Assembly (NCBI GenBank): GCA_020635915.1
Contig: JACJYU010000002.1
Span: 477,608 to 541,607 of the forward strand
Direction: 5' to 3'
DNA length: 64,000 nucleotides
Source of the DNA: Flammeovirgaceae bacterium
Lineage (GTDB): Bacteria > Bacteroidota > Bacteroidia > Cytophagales > Cyclobacteriaceae
The first letter of the stretch is position 1, and each line of letters begins with the position of its first letter. Positions 42,756 to 53,021 of the stretch are shown here, one piece after another. A program made the position numbers and the translations under genes. The notes beneath the pieces are model-generated. The model saw only the letters and a program-made list of their open reading frames with translations. It had not been told where the DNA came from and searched no databases.

Positions 42756-44152
42756 GCCGGTTTTTTATATTTCCCTTCAAACATTTGTTTAATGGGGGCC
42801 ACACAGGTGTCAATGTCCCCTGCGCCTATGGTGGCCACCACCTCCACATCCATGTCCTCCAGCTTTTGCACCACATCCTTTTTGGAGCACCTTACCTTGA
42901 CATTGCTGGTGATGGCATCAAACAGCATGTCCGAGGAAACACCAGGGATGGGCTGCTCCCTTGCCGGGTACAAGTCCATGAGCAACACTTCATCCGCAAT
43001 GCCCAGGCTCCTGGAAAACCCATCTGCAAAATCCCTTGTGCGCGTGTACAAATGCGGTTGGAATATGGCCGTAATTTTCTTGCCCGGGTACATGGCCCGT
43101 AGCGAAGACAAAAAAGCCGTTATTTCCGTAGGATGGTGGGCATAGTCATCCACAAAAACGAGGTCGTCACGTTTGATGATGAATTCGAAGCGCCTCTTGA
43201 CACCTGTAAAGGATGCCAACGCCTCCCTGATGGAGGCATCGCTTACGCCCAACTGCTTCGCCACGATGGTGGCGGCAATCGCATTTTCCATGTTATGGTA
43301 ACCGGGGACGCCCAGCTTGATGTTTTCTATCCCTGGGGAAAAGCCCATAAGATTGAATTCAAAAAACCCATCCCGCCCAAGGGGGACAATCCGGCTGGCA
43401 AAAAATTGCCCCCGGTCCATACCATAAGTTGCCACCGTAACGCCCTCCAGGTCATTGTCGATGGCACGGGCCGACTCGTGCTTCACAAGCACCCCTCCTT
43501 TGTTGATCTGTTTTGTAAAATCAGTAAACGACCTGATCACCTCCTGATGGTTGCCATAAATATCAAGATGGTCCGCATCCACGGAAGTAATGACAGCGAT
43601 GTCGGGAAACAACCTCAAAAACGATCGGTCAAACTCATCGGCTTCCGCCACCACAATGGTATCCTTGCCGGCCTTGCCCTCTAAAACCAAATTGGAGCCG
43701 TAATTGGCCGTTACCCCACCAAGGAAAGCCACCATGTTCACCCCGGCCACTTTTAAAATATGTGCAATGAGGGAGGAAGTGGTGGTCTTGCCATGTGTCC
43801 CTGCCACGGCTATGGTTTTGTGGGCTTTGGTAATGAGGCCCAGGACCTCCGACCTCTTCATCAGGGTATGCCCCTGGTCTTGCAGGTAGGTAAATTCTTT
43901 ATGGCCTTTTGGGATGGCCGGGGTATAGACAAACAACGTTTTGCCGTGCCCCACTTGCGGGGGGATCATGGCAATGTCGTCATCAAAATGTATTTTTATA
44001 CCTTCCCTTTCCAACTCGCTTGTCAGGAGCGTGGGCGTGCGGTCGTACCCGGCCACAAACACACCTTGCTTATTGAACCACCGCGCCAGGGCGCTCATCC
44101 CAATGCCCCCTATTCCGAGGAAATAAACCGTATCGTATTGGCTTAGTTGCAC
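42752..44152 (-). CDS. murC: UDP-N-acetylmuramate--L-alanine ligase
   Basis: 466 aa. FLGIGGIGMSALA and AVAGTHGKTTTSS (Mur ligase P-loop). GTG start. Confidence 0.95.
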   Translation of the reverse strand: MQLSQYDTVYFLGIGGIGMSALARWFNKQGVFVAGYDRTPTLLTSELEREGIKIHFDDDIAMIPPQVGHGKTLFVYTPAIPKGHKEFTYLQDQGHTLMKRSEVLGLITKAHKTIAVAGTHGKTTTSSLIAHILKVAGVNMVAFLGGVTANYGSNLVLEGKAGKDTIVVAEADEFDRSFLRLFPDIAVITSVDADHLDIYGNHQEVIRSFTDFTKQINKGGVLVKHESARAIDNDLEGVTVATYGMDRGQFFASRIVPLGRDGFFEFNLMGFSPGIENIKLGVPGYHNMENAIAATIVAKQLGVSDASIREALASFTGVKRRFEFIIKRDDLVFVDDYAHHPTEITAFLSSLRAMYPGKKITAIFQPHLYTRTRDFADGFSRSLGIADEVLLMDLYPAREQPIPGVSSDMLFDAITSNVKVRCSKKDVVQKLEDMDVEVVATIGAGDIDTCVAPIKQMFEGKYKKPA

Positions 44153-45258
44153 ACCACTAATTTTTCAATTTCCTTAACTATGTCTTCGGTGGCGTTGGGC
44201 TTGCCCATCGCCTTTATTTTTTTGGACAACCGGTCGCATTGATGCTGGTCGTAAATCAGTTTCAGGGTTTCATCCACTAATTTTTCCATAGCCTCGCGGT
44301 CCCTTACCATAATGGCCGCCCCCTCGTTTACCAAGGCCATGGCATTTTTGGCCTGATGGTCTTCGACCACATTTGGGGAAGGAACAAGTATGGCCGGCTT
44401 GCCGGCAATGCACAATTCCGAAATCGCCAATGCCCCCGACCGTGAGATCACCACATCGCTGGCCGCATAAGCCAGGTCCATCTGTTTTATAAAATCATAC
44501 ACCCGCACCTTCCTCAAATCTTTGTTCGCAATTTTCAGCTTAATGTCGTCATAATAAATTTTACCGGTTTGCCATACCACCTGCACCCCTGCGTCAATAA
44601 GTTTGTCCAGTTCTATGAGTATGCTCTCGTTTATCCGCTTTGCCCCTAGGCTTCCCCCGATGACCAAAAGCGTTTTCCCATTTTCGGGGAATATAAAATG
44701 CTTCAAGGCCCTTTGCCTTTTTTCGCCCAAATCGAGGATGTCCCTCCGTACCGGGTTGCCGGTGACCACCAGTTTTTCCCCAGGAAAATATTTTTCCATA
44801 TAAGGATAGGCCACGCAAATTTTGGTTGCCCGCCTGGCAATCCGTTTATTAGTCAGCCCGGCATAGGAGTTTTGCTCTTGTACGATCAGCGGCACCTTGA
44901 ACCTGCTGGCGGCCAGCATGATGGGGCCACTGGCATACCCGCCCGTGCCTATCACCGCATGGGGCCTGAACCTTGCCACAATGGCCCTGGCCTTTACATA
45001 GCTCACGAGCAGTTTGATGGGGAACAGGAAATTGGAAAAGGATATTTTCCTTTGCCACCCGCTGATCCACAACCCTATGATCTTGAACCCAGCCTCCGGC
45101 ACCCTGGCCATTTCCATGCGCCCCTGTGCGCCCACAAACAAAATTTCAGCATCGGGATACCGCGACCTGAATGCCGAAGCTATGGCAATGGCCGGAAACA
45201 CATGGCCTCCGGTGCCTCCCCCGCTTATGATAAGACGATATGGTTGTTCCTTTTTCAA
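44143..45258 (-). CDS. murG: Undecaprenyldiphospho-muramoylpentapeptide beta-N-acetylglucosaminyltransferase
   Basis: 371 aa. N-terminal ISGGGTGGHVFPA, and SRSGALAISE in the C-terminal domain. Confidence 0.95.
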   Translation of the reverse strand: MKKEQPYRLIISGGGTGGHVFPAIAIASAFRSRYPDAEILFVGAQGRMEMARVPEAGFKIIGLWISGWQRKISFSNFLFPIKLLVSYVKARAIVARFRPHAVIGTGGYASGPIMLAASRFKVPLIVQEQNSYAGLTNKRIARRATKICVAYPYMEKYFPGEKLVVTGNPVRRDILDLGEKRQRALKHFIFPENGKTLLVIGGSLGAKRINESILIELDKLIDAGVQVVWQTGKIYYDDIKLKIANKDLRKVRVYDFIKQMDLAYAASDVVISRSGALAISELCIAGKPAILVPSPNVVEDHQAKNAMALVNEGAAIMVRDREAMEKLVDETLKLIYDQHQCDRLSKKIKAMGKPNATEDIVKEIEKLVVCN

Positions 45259-46418
45259 GCTGCTTTTGCCACGTCTTTATTGCCCAGGTCCATATTTTGT
45301 TGCCACTGGCCATCCTGCTCGCCCCTGCTAACACTTAAGATTATCCCTACGGACAGCCCGGTAAAAATCATCGCTGTCCCCCCCATGCTGATAAAAGGTA
45401 GTGGCTGGCCTGTGATAGGGCCGAGCCCCACCACTACCCCCATATTTACCATGGCCTGGCACACCAGGTCAAAGCTTAGGCCTGCCGAAAGCAATCCGCC
45501 AAAGGCACGCTCGCTGTTGTAGGCGGCCTTCATGCCACGGTGGAGGAGCAGCAGGTACAAGCCCAGCAATACCACCCCTCCAATCATACCATACTCTTCA
45601 ATAAGAATGGCATAAATAAAATCAGAGTAAGGGTGGGGCAGGATATTTCGCTGGTCGCTGTTGCCCGGCCCCTTTCCCGTGATCCCACCGGTAGCCACGG
45701 CAATGCGCGCATACTTCGCCTGAAAAGGAAGCTCGGTGCCATTGAGAAAGCTGGCAATCCGGCTCTTTGCCGTCTCGCCACGCACCCCAAACTTAAATGC
45801 CGCGGCACCTGCCAACGCGCCCACCAAGACCAACATGGCCAAATATTTTACCGGCACACGTCCAATGAACATGACCAGCATACAGGTGGCAAACAATAGG
45901 GCGGCAGAAGACAGGTTTGTCAGTGCAATCAAGCCACAGATTACCCCAATCCAAATCAAAAGCGGGATAAGCGAATCCTTTATATCGTCAATGTTTTGCT
46001 GCTTCTTTGAGAGCATGCTTGCCAAATTGATGATTAAGGCAAGGCTCGCGAAATCGGAAGGCTGAAATGAGGTGTTGATGAGGGGGAGCGTGATCCAGCG
46101 GGCGGCATCATTGAGGGTGGTCCCGTTGGTAAATGTATAAATCAACAGTGGCACGCTTATCCAAAGTGCCAAACGGGATATCTTGGAGTAATACCTGTAA
46201 TCAATTTTGTGCGCGACCCACATGGAGGCCAGCCCCAAAAACACCATAAAGGTGTGCTTGATCAAATACAACTCAGGGCTTACCGTACGCTTGTAGGCCA
46301 GGGTGCCAATTGAACTATAGACTACAAGGATACTGATGACCGATAAGGCAAACACTACGGCCCATATCACCGGGTCTCCTTGCAGGTTTTTGTCCGCCCA
46401 TTCTTTTACCTTGTTCAT
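45255..46418 (-). CDS. ftsW: SEDS-family peptidoglycan glycosyltransferase FtsW
   Basis: 387 aa, about 10 TMs. Shows SDFIYAILIEEYG and PFISMGGT motifs of FtsW/RodA. Confidence 0.9.
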   Translation of the reverse strand: MNKVKEWADKNLQGDPVIWAVVFALSVISILVVYSSIGTLAYKRTVSPELYLIKHTFMVFLGLASMWVAHKIDYRYYSKISRLALWISVPLLIYTFTNGTTLNDAARWITLPLINTSFQPSDFASLALIINLASMLSKKQQNIDDIKDSLIPLLIWIGVICGLIALTNLSSAALLFATCMLVMFIGRVPVKYLAMLVLVGALAGAAAFKFGVRGETAKSRIASFLNGTELPFQAKYARIAVATGGITGKGPGNSDQRNILPHPYSDFIYAILIEEYGMIGGVVLLGLYLLLLHRGMKAAYNSERAFGGLLSAGLSFDLVCQAMVNMGVVVGLGPITGQPLPFISMGGTAMIFTGLSVGIILSVSRGEQDGQWQQNMDLGNKDVAKAA

Positions 46419-47776
46419 GACGTTATTTTTTCGATTTCACTTTTTAATTCCAGGACCGCTTTCCTGAATTGGTCCCCCCTATCGATATAATTTTTAAACA
46501 AATCAAAGCTCGCACAGGCGGGCGACAACAACACCACATCGCCATCGGTGGAGGCGTCCAGTGCCATCCTCACCAGTTCTTTTATGCTTTGTGTTTCCAT
46601 GATAGTGGGCACCACTCCCGTAAAGCAATCCTTCAATTTCTTATTGTCAGTCCCCAAACAAATCAATGCCTTTACTTTTTGCCTTACCTGCTCCTTTATC
46701 AGGCCATAGTCGTTTCCTTTATCTACCCCACCGGCAATCCAAACCAGGGGGTTGGAATAACTTCCCAGTGCATACACTACGGAATCAACATTGGTGGCCT
46801 TGGAGTCGTTGATAAATTCTACGTTATTGATCCTGGCAACCAGCTCCAACCGGTGAGGGGCATTCTTAAAGGTCTTGAAGGCCTTCCGTATTTCCTTTTC
46901 TTCCACCCCCGCCAGGCACGCTGCCGAAACGGCCGCCATGGTGTTGATCAAATTATGCGGCCCCTTAAGGGTGGTATCTTCCTGCCGGACGGCAAAGGGG
47001 GCTGTTCCAAGCTGGAAGTTCATCCCCACACCATCAAAGTAGGCAAGGGAAGATTTGTCTCCTTTTAATGAAACCGAAACCAATTTAGGGGAAACCTTCC
47101 TGGCAGGGACTTCCTTCGATAGCACAGGATCCTCTTTGTAATAAATAAATTGCCCGGTTGGCGCCATGTTTGCCAAAAGCCTAAACTTTGAATTGACGTA
47201 CAGTTCAAACTTATTGTCATAGCGGTCCAGATGGTCGGGCGTGATGTTGAGCAGCACCGCAATGTCGGGCCTAAAAGTGTAGGTGCCATCCAACTGATAG
47301 CTGCTCACTTCAATGACATACCAGTCATGGTCCCTTTTTACTAGTTTGCGGGCCAGGCTTTCGCCCACATTCCCCGCAAGGGCCACATCCAGCCCGGCCT
47401 CCTTGAGGAGGTGGTAGGTAAGCAACGTTGTGGTGGTCTTGCCATTGGTGCCGGAAATGGCTATCACTCTTCCCTTGAGGTGGCGGAATCCAAATTCTAT
47501 CTCATCAATAACTTCAATGCCCTTCTTTTTTATTTCTTGTATGACATCTTCCGTATCGGGCACACCCGGGCTTTTGACCACCAGGTCCGCAGTCAGTATC
47601 CTGTCCATGGAGTGCCCGCCCTCTTCATAAGCTATGTCCGCCTCCTTCATTTCGGCTTTAAAGCTTTCCCTTATATTGAAAATTTCGGACAAGAAGACAT
47701 CATAGCCCCTGGCCTTTGCCAACAGGGCCGCCCCCGTTCCACTTTCACCTGCCCCTATAACGACTATCCTTTTCAT
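46415..47776 (-). CDS. murD: UDP-N-acetylmuramoylalanine--D-glutamate ligase
   Basis: 453 aa. VIGAGESGTGAA and ISGTNGKTTTT. Confidence 0.95.
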   Translation of the reverse strand: MKRIVVIGAGESGTGAALLAKARGYDVFLSEIFNIRESFKAEMKEADIAYEEGGHSMDRILTADLVVKSPGVPDTEDVIQEIKKKGIEVIDEIEFGFRHLKGRVIAISGTNGKTTTTLLTYHLLKEAGLDVALAGNVGESLARKLVKRDHDWYVIEVSSYQLDGTYTFRPDIAVLLNITPDHLDRYDNKFELYVNSKFRLLANMAPTGQFIYYKEDPVLSKEVPARKVSPKLVSVSLKGDKSSLAYFDGVGMNFQLGTAPFAVRQEDTTLKGPHNLINTMAAVSAACLAGVEEKEIRKAFKTFKNAPHRLELVARINNVEFINDSKATNVDSVVYALGSYSNPLVWIAGGVDKGNDYGLIKEQVRQKVKALICLGTDNKKLKDCFTGVVPTIMETQSIKELVRMALDASTDGDVVLLSPACASFDLFKNYIDRGDQFRKAVLELKSEIEKITS

Positions 47777-48993
47777 TACCTTAATTTCAATGTTGCCAGG
47801 CTAAGAATTGCCAATAAAATCCCTACAATCCAAAACCGCGACACGATTTTCGATTCATGTATTCCTGTTTTCTGGTAATGGTGGTGGAGCGGGGCCATCA
47901 GGAAGACCCTCCTTCCTTCACCATATTTGCCCTTTGTGTATTTGAAATAGGACACCTGAAGGATCACGGAAATATTTTCTATAATAAAGATGCCGCACAA
48001 TACCGGTATCATGATCTCCTTGCGCACGGCCAGGGCCAGCACTGCGATGATCCCCCCGAGGGCGAGGCTGCCGGTATCCCCCATAAACACCTGTGCCGGA
48101 TAGGCATTGTACCAAAGAAAGCCCAGGCATGCGCCCACAAATGCCGTGCAAAAGATCACTAGCTCGCTGAGGTTGGGGATGTACATTATATTCAGGTAAC
48201 TACTGAAGTCAACACGGCCCGAGAGGTAAGCAAAAATCGCCAACGTCAGTCCAATGATGGCCGATGTCCCGGCCGCAAGCCCATCAATGCCATCGGTGAT
48301 GTTCGCACCGTTGGAGATGGCCGTCACTACCAATACCACCATCAATACATAAATAATCCAGGTATAGGCCTTTGGCAGAAACGGCAACAGGTTGGAATAA
48401 TCCAACTCATTGTTCTTAAAAAAGGGCACAGTGGTCTTTGTGGACTTCACATCTTGATATGGGAGGGGCGCCACCTCGTTTGTGGCCACCGCCACTTCCT
48501 GTGCGGGCTTCATCTGCCTGATCACCACGTCTTTGTTGAAGTACAGCACAAGGCCCACTATCAACCCCAGCCCTACCTGTCCTATTATTTTAAACCTGCC
48601 GGCCAGCCCCTCCTTGTCTTTTTTAAAAACCTTGATGTAGTCGTCCAGTAGCCCGATGCCCCCCAACCAAACCGTGGTGACAAGCAAAAGCACGACATAA
48701 ACATTGTCGATACGCGCAAAGAGAAAGGTAGGGATCAAAATCGCGCCTATGATGATCAACCCCCCCATGGTTGGGGTGCCTTTCTTTTGCGCCTGCCCCT
48801 CCAGGCCGAGGTCGCGAATATCCTCCCCTACCTGCTTCTTCCTTAAAAAATTGATCAGGTTCTTCCCTAATGTGATGGTGATTATCAATGACAATACGGC
48901 TGCCGCCCCCGCACGAAAGGAGATGTATTGAAATACCCCTGCGCCCATGAGGTCGAAATGCCGGTCCAAATAATCAAATAGGTAGTACAACAT
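47776..48993 (-). CDS. mraY: Phospho-N-acetylmuramoyl-pentapeptide transferase
   Basis: Multi-TM protein with [33 protein letters not shown] and APLHHHY. The start was trimmed from 49059 to the ATG at 48993 (MLYYLFDYL). Confidence 0.95.
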   Translation of the reverse strand: MLYYLFDYLDRHFDLMGAGVFQYISFRAGAAAVLSLIITITLGKNLINFLRKKQVGEDIRDLGLEGQAQKKGTPTMGGLIIIGAILIPTFLFARIDNVYVVLLLVTTVWLGGIGLLDDYIKVFKKDKEGLAGRFKIIGQVGLGLIVGLVLYFNKDVVIRQMKPAQEVAVATNEVAPLPYQDVKSTKTTVPFFKNNELDYSNLLPFLPKAYTWIIYVLMVVLVVTAISNGANITDGIDGLAAGTSAIIGLTLAIFAYLSGRVDFSSYLNIMYIPNLSELVIFCTAFVGACLGFLWYNAYPAQVFMGDTGSLALGGIIAVLALAVRKEIMIPVLCGIFIIENISVILQVSYFKYTKGKYGEGRRVFLMAPLHHHYQKTGIHESKIVSRFWIVGILLAILSLATLKLR

Positions 48994-49091
48994 TAGTATC
49001 CTATATTTTCTATTGTCAAACAACCTGGACGTGCCCTCTTTATTTCCACGTCCATCCAAACAATGGCCTTGCCTTTACAACTATCCATAAT

Positions 49092-50558
49092 CTAATTGCT
49101 GAACATCTTCAGCATGCGTTTCAAAACTTCCCTGTCGTCAAATGCGTGTTTCACTCCTTTGATTTCCTGGTAGGTCTCGTGCCCTTTGCCTGCCACCAGG
49201 ATGATGTCTTTTTCCTTTGCCATCATACAGGCGGTTTTTATGGCCTCCTCCCGGTCCACGATCACCAGGGTTTTTTTTGCGTCCGTTGCCCCAACCCCCT
49301 TTTGCATGTCTTTGATTATCTCCATAGGGTCTTCACTGCGTGGGTTGTCCGAAGTAAAAATGGCCTTGTCGCTATACTTGCAGGCAATGGCCCCCATCAA
49401 CGGCCTTTTCATTTTGTCCCGGTCGCCACCGCATCCCACGATGGAAATCACCTGCTCCTGGCCTGTCCTGAATTGGGTTATGGTCTCCAACACATTTTTC
49501 AGGGCATCGGGCGTATGGGAGTAATCCACTATGGCCGTGAATTTTGAGCCGGGCAGCACGAGTTCGAACCTGCCCGCTGCCCCTGTCAATGAGGACAGCT
49601 TCAGCAAAACACTTTCAGGGTCTTCGCCCAACAACACCGCGGTGGCATATACGGAAAGGAGGTTGTACGCATTAAAATCCCCGATCAGTTTGAACCACAC
49701 CGCCCGGTCCCCTATTTCCAACTCCAGGCCTTCCAGCGAGTTGGTGATCACCTTTGCCTTGAAGTCTGCCATTTTCTTTAAGGCATAAGTCTTTTTTGAG
49801 GCTTTCGTGTTCTGTACCATTACCATTCCCCGTTTGTCATCCACGTTCACCAGCGCAAACGTACCGGAAGGAAGCCCGTCAAAAAAACCTTTTTTTGCCC
49901 GGATATAACTTTCAAAAGTCCTGTGGTAATCAAGGTGGTCATGGGAAATATTGGTGAACACCCCTCCCGCAAAACCGAGCCCTTCCACCCTGCCTTGCAC
50001 CACCGCATGCGAACTTACTTCCATAAAACAATGGGTGCACCCGGCCTCCAACATTTTCACAAGCAACCTATTGATTTGAATGGGGTCCGGGGTGGTGTGG
50101 GTGGCCACCAGGGCCTCGTTGTTTACCTTGTTTTCCACGGTTGACAAAAGTCCGGTGGAATATCCCATGGAGGCAAACAACTTGTACAGCAGGGTCACCA
50201 CGGTGGTTTTTCCATTGGTGCCCGTTACCCCAACGAGCTTTAATTTGGTGGAGGGGTTGCCGTAAAAGTTGGCAGCAATAATGCCCAATGCCTTCGCACT
50301 GTCTTTTACGGTGACGTAAGTCACGTGGGGCGAAAGCGCCTCCGGCAGGTTTTCTGAGACAATTGCGATAGCTCCATTTTGAATGGCCCCCTTGATGAAT
50401 TCATGCCCATCGGATTGGGTGCCCTTTATTGCCACAAAAAGAAAACCTTTTTTTACCTTCCTGGAATCGAAGGCCAGGCCTTGCAAAGAAATGGCCATGT
50501 CACCTGACGCGGAGGTGATATTGACCTTATACAATATGTCCTTCAATACTTTCATCAA
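49092..50558 (-). CDS. murE: UDP-N-acetylmuramoyl-L-alanyl-D-glutamate--2,6-diaminopimelate ligase
   Basis: 488 aa. GVTGTNGKTT P-loop, and a DNPR motif (SDNPRSEDP) typical of meso-DAP-adding MurE. Confidence 0.93.
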   Translation of the reverse strand: MMKVLKDILYKVNITSASGDMAISLQGLAFDSRKVKKGFLFVAIKGTQSDGHEFIKGAIQNGAIAIVSENLPEALSPHVTYVTVKDSAKALGIIAANFYGNPSTKLKLVGVTGTNGKTTVVTLLYKLFASMGYSTGLLSTVENKVNNEALVATHTTPDPIQINRLLVKMLEAGCTHCFMEVSSHAVVQGRVEGLGFAGGVFTNISHDHLDYHRTFESYIRAKKGFFDGLPSGTFALVNVDDKRGMVMVQNTKASKKTYALKKMADFKAKVITNSLEGLELEIGDRAVWFKLIGDFNAYNLLSVYATAVLLGEDPESVLLKLSSLTGAAGRFELVLPGSKFTAIVDYSHTPDALKNVLETITQFRTGQEQVISIVGCGGDRDKMKRPLMGAIACKYSDKAIFTSDNPRSEDPMEIIKDMQKGVGATDAKKTLVIVDREEAIKTACMMAKEKDIILVAGKGHETYQEIKGVKHAFDDREVLKRMLKMFSN

Positions 50559-52642
50559 CCCAGGCTAATATGTATTCTCCTTCCTTTGTCCACTTTGGTC
50601 CCAGGGGGCAACGACTGCCTGACCACCCTCCCTTTACCGTCATGCTCCACCTGCAACCCAGACTGCTCCAGCAAAAAGATCGCGTCCCGAAAAGTCATGC
50701 CCTGCACATTGGGCACCTGGCCTTTGGCGGCCGTGTTGTTGTCCCACAGCACGGAATTGCCATTTCGCACCGCCCTGATCCACTCTTCTTCCGTGTTGGA
50801 ATGATTGGACACGCCCAACTCATTGCACAACAGGGTTAGTTCATCCTGCTTGCCGGCCCGGATTACCGGAAACACCCCATAGTCAAGTATTTCCTTTTTC
50901 TTCATGGCCGCATGCAATTGGATGTCCCTTGAATAAATATTGTCGGCAATTTCCCTAAAGACCGGCCCCGCCACATTGTTGCCATATTGCCTCCATCCTT
51001 TGGGGTTTTTAATCAGCACCATGGCAGTATACTTGGGGTCATGCGCGGGAAAATACCCCACAAACGAAGTAATGTATTTCTTGGCGTACCGTCCGTTCTC
51101 GAGGATTTGCGCGGTGCCCGTCTTGCCGGCTATTTTATAATGCGTGTTTTTCAGGTTGCTGGCCGTGCCATGGTCCACCACACCCTCCAGCAACACCCTG
51201 AGTTTGTTGAGGGTAGCGTTCGAGCAAACCTTGCCGTTCAGAGTTTCGGTATGGAACTCCCTCGTGGTATTGTCTGCCTTTGAAATGGCCGTAACAAAAA
51301 TGGGCTTTATCATTTTTCCATTGTTGGCGATGGCATTGTACAAGGCCAGCGTGTGCATGGGCGTAATTTCAAACCCATAGCCATAGGCCATCCAGGGCAA
51401 GGTGATCCCGCTCCATCCTTTGGACCCCGGGCGGAATATTTTTGGATAACCTTCCCCCTTTATTTGCAAGCCCAGTGGCTTGGACAGGTTGAGTTTATCA
51501 ACATAGTCGATAAACTTTTCCGGCTTTAGGCCAAAATTCTGGTCCAGCAATTTGGCCATGGCCACGTTGGAAGATACTTCAAATGCTTCGCGCACGGTAA
51601 TTTTTCCAAAACCCCCATCGTGGTGGTCCTTTACCTTGCTTTTATAAAAGGTAAATTCACCATTGCCGGTATCAATGCTATCGGTAAGCTTAACATTGGA
51701 TTCCTCCAGCAGGGCCATCATGGTGACCAACTTAAAGGTAGAACCGGGCTCGAAGAGGCCTCCAACGGCATGGTTGAATATTTCGCCATAGCTATTTCCC
51801 TGCCTTGTCAGGTTGGAAATGGCCTTGATATGGCCCGTGCTTACCTCCATCACCACCACCGTTCCGGCATCGGCCTGGTGGTGCTCCATTGCACGGTGCA
51901 AGGCGGTCTCGGCCACATCCTGCAGGTTGATATCGATGGTGGTCTGAATGTCCAGCCCATCCTTTGACTTTATATTGTTGACGTCATACACGGGCTTCCA
52001 GGTGCTTCCGGCTATCTTTTGAAACAGGGCTTCCCCATCCTGTCCCCCCAGTGCCTCATTAAAACTATATTCCAGCCCGGCCCCCTTCCCGTTCTCGTTC
52101 ACAAAACCTACCGTTCTGCGGCTAAGGTTGGAGAACGGCCGATAGCGCACATCCATCTTCTCAAAGATAACGCCCCCCCCATAGCGCCCTTCCCTGAAGA
52201 TTGGCCAGGACGACATCATCTTTTTTACCTGGTAATTAATTTGCCTGCGGTTGAGCACTATGTATTGCCGGTTGGCTGCCCTTGCGTCCTGGATCATTCG
52301 CTTGTATTCCGTGGCGGACTTGTCTTTGTAAAACTTCGCCAAGAGGATGGCCAGTGAGTCAATACCCTCTTTGAATATCCTGTCCTTCGCCAGCCTGGGG
52401 TCGAAAGCGACCTTATAGAAGGGCAAATCGGTGGCCAGCAAGCTTCCGTTATCGGAATAAATGTTTCCGCGCGTAGCCTTTATTTTTTTGTAGTCAAACG
52501 TGATTTGTTCGCTGATCTTCGCCCACTCTTCCCCCTCCACAAACTGGATATGGGATATCTTCGCCACCACGGCCAAACCAAAGAGCAGGACAAAAAGGAA
52601 TGCTATGCGAACGCGTATTAATATGGACTTCTTAATATTCAC
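50555..52642 (-). CDS. ftsI: Division-specific class B penicillin-binding protein (FtsI/PBP3-like) with a C-terminal PASTA domain
   Basis: 695 aa. N-terminal TM, SxxK (STFK), SxN (SSN), KTG (KTGTA), and a C-terminal PASTA-like segment (VPNVQGMTFRDAIFLLEQSGLQV). Confidence 0.92.
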   Translation of the reverse strand: MNIKKSILIRVRIAFLFVLLFGLAVVAKISHIQFVEGEEWAKISEQITFDYKKIKATRGNIYSDNGSLLATDLPFYKVAFDPRLAKDRIFKEGIDSLAILLAKFYKDKSATEYKRMIQDARAANRQYIVLNRRQINYQVKKMMSSWPIFREGRYGGGVIFEKMDVRYRPFSNLSRRTVGFVNENGKGAGLEYSFNEALGGQDGEALFQKIAGSTWKPVYDVNNIKSKDGLDIQTTIDINLQDVAETALHRAMEHHQADAGTVVVMEVSTGHIKAISNLTRQGNSYGEIFNHAVGGLFEPGSTFKLVTMMALLEESNVKLTDSIDTGNGEFTFYKSKVKDHHDGGFGKITVREAFEVSSNVAMAKLLDQNFGLKPEKFIDYVDKLNLSKPLGLQIKGEGYPKIFRPGSKGWSGITLPWMAYGYGFEITPMHTLALYNAIANNGKMIKPIFVTAISKADNTTREFHTETLNGKVCSNATLNKLRVLLEGVVDHGTASNLKNTHYKIAGKTGTAQILENGRYAKKYITSFVGYFPAHDPKYTAMVLIKNPKGWRQYGNNVAGPVFREIADNIYSRDIQLHAAMKKKEILDYGVFPVIRAGKQDELTLLCNELGVSNHSNTEEEWIRAVRNGNSVLWDNNTAAKGQVPNVQGMTFRDAIFLLEQSGLQVEHDGKGRVVRQSLPPGTKVDKGRRIHISLG

Positions 52643-53021
52643 CTTTTTTCACTTCTATTTTGTAAGGAGGATCAATGCTTTCCTTCAATCCCAATGGTTT
52701 TACCCTACGTGCCACTTCCGATTGCTTACTGGCAAACATCAGGTCGGCTTTCAGGGTGGTATAGTCAGCACGCAAATCCTCCACTTCCGTATGCAGTTTG
52801 TTGATTTTGCGTATGGACTTTTCAGAATAATGTGTATTGCCGATGTAAATCAAACCCAACACAAAGGCAAAAAGGATTTTGGGAAGGTATTTTACGGGAA
52901 ACCCTTCCTCAAAATAGGTTTCGGGCTTTATGTGCCGCTCCAGGCCTGAAAAAATACTGTTGCCGGCCCCTTTGCCCTTCCCTTTTTTTCCGATCCTAAA
53001 TTTATTTTCACTCATATCCAT
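52632..53021 (-). CDS. ftsL: FtsL-like small bitopic division protein
   Basis: 129 aa. Basic N-terminus, single TM (ILFAFVLGLIYIG) and a coiled coil (LHTEVEDLRADYTTLKADL). Its position between rsmH and ftsI supports the call. Confidence 0.75.
   Translation of the reverse strand: MDMSENKFRIGKKGKGKGAGNSIFSGLERHIKPETYFEEGFPVKYLPKILFAFVLGLIYIGNTHYSEKSIRKINKLHTEVEDLRADYTTLKADLMFASKQSEVARRVKPLGLKESIDPPYKIEVKKGEY

Noticed and set aside
41979-43145. A 388-aa plus-strand ORF. Similar long ORFs lie at 10127-10873(-), 26606-27616(+), 44698-45522(+), 16778-17560(-), 37173-37871(-), 15717-16436(-) and 40247-41143(+).
   Set aside because: All lie fully antisense to confidently identified genes (ftsQ/murC, valS, GH3, murG, lpxC-fabZ, kdsB, lpxD, ftsZ/ftsA). 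Their translations are low-complexity or biased (His/Arg/Gly/Pro-rich) and carry no recognisable motifs. They are shadow ORFs caused by the codon bias of the real genes.
47776-50558. Absence of murF (and ddl) from the dcw cluster as an anomaly.
   Set aside because: As far as I recall, the mraZ-rsmH-ftsL-ftsI-murE-mraY-murD-ftsW-murG-murC-ftsQ-ftsA-ftsZ order without murF or ddl is the usual arrangement in Bacteroidota.
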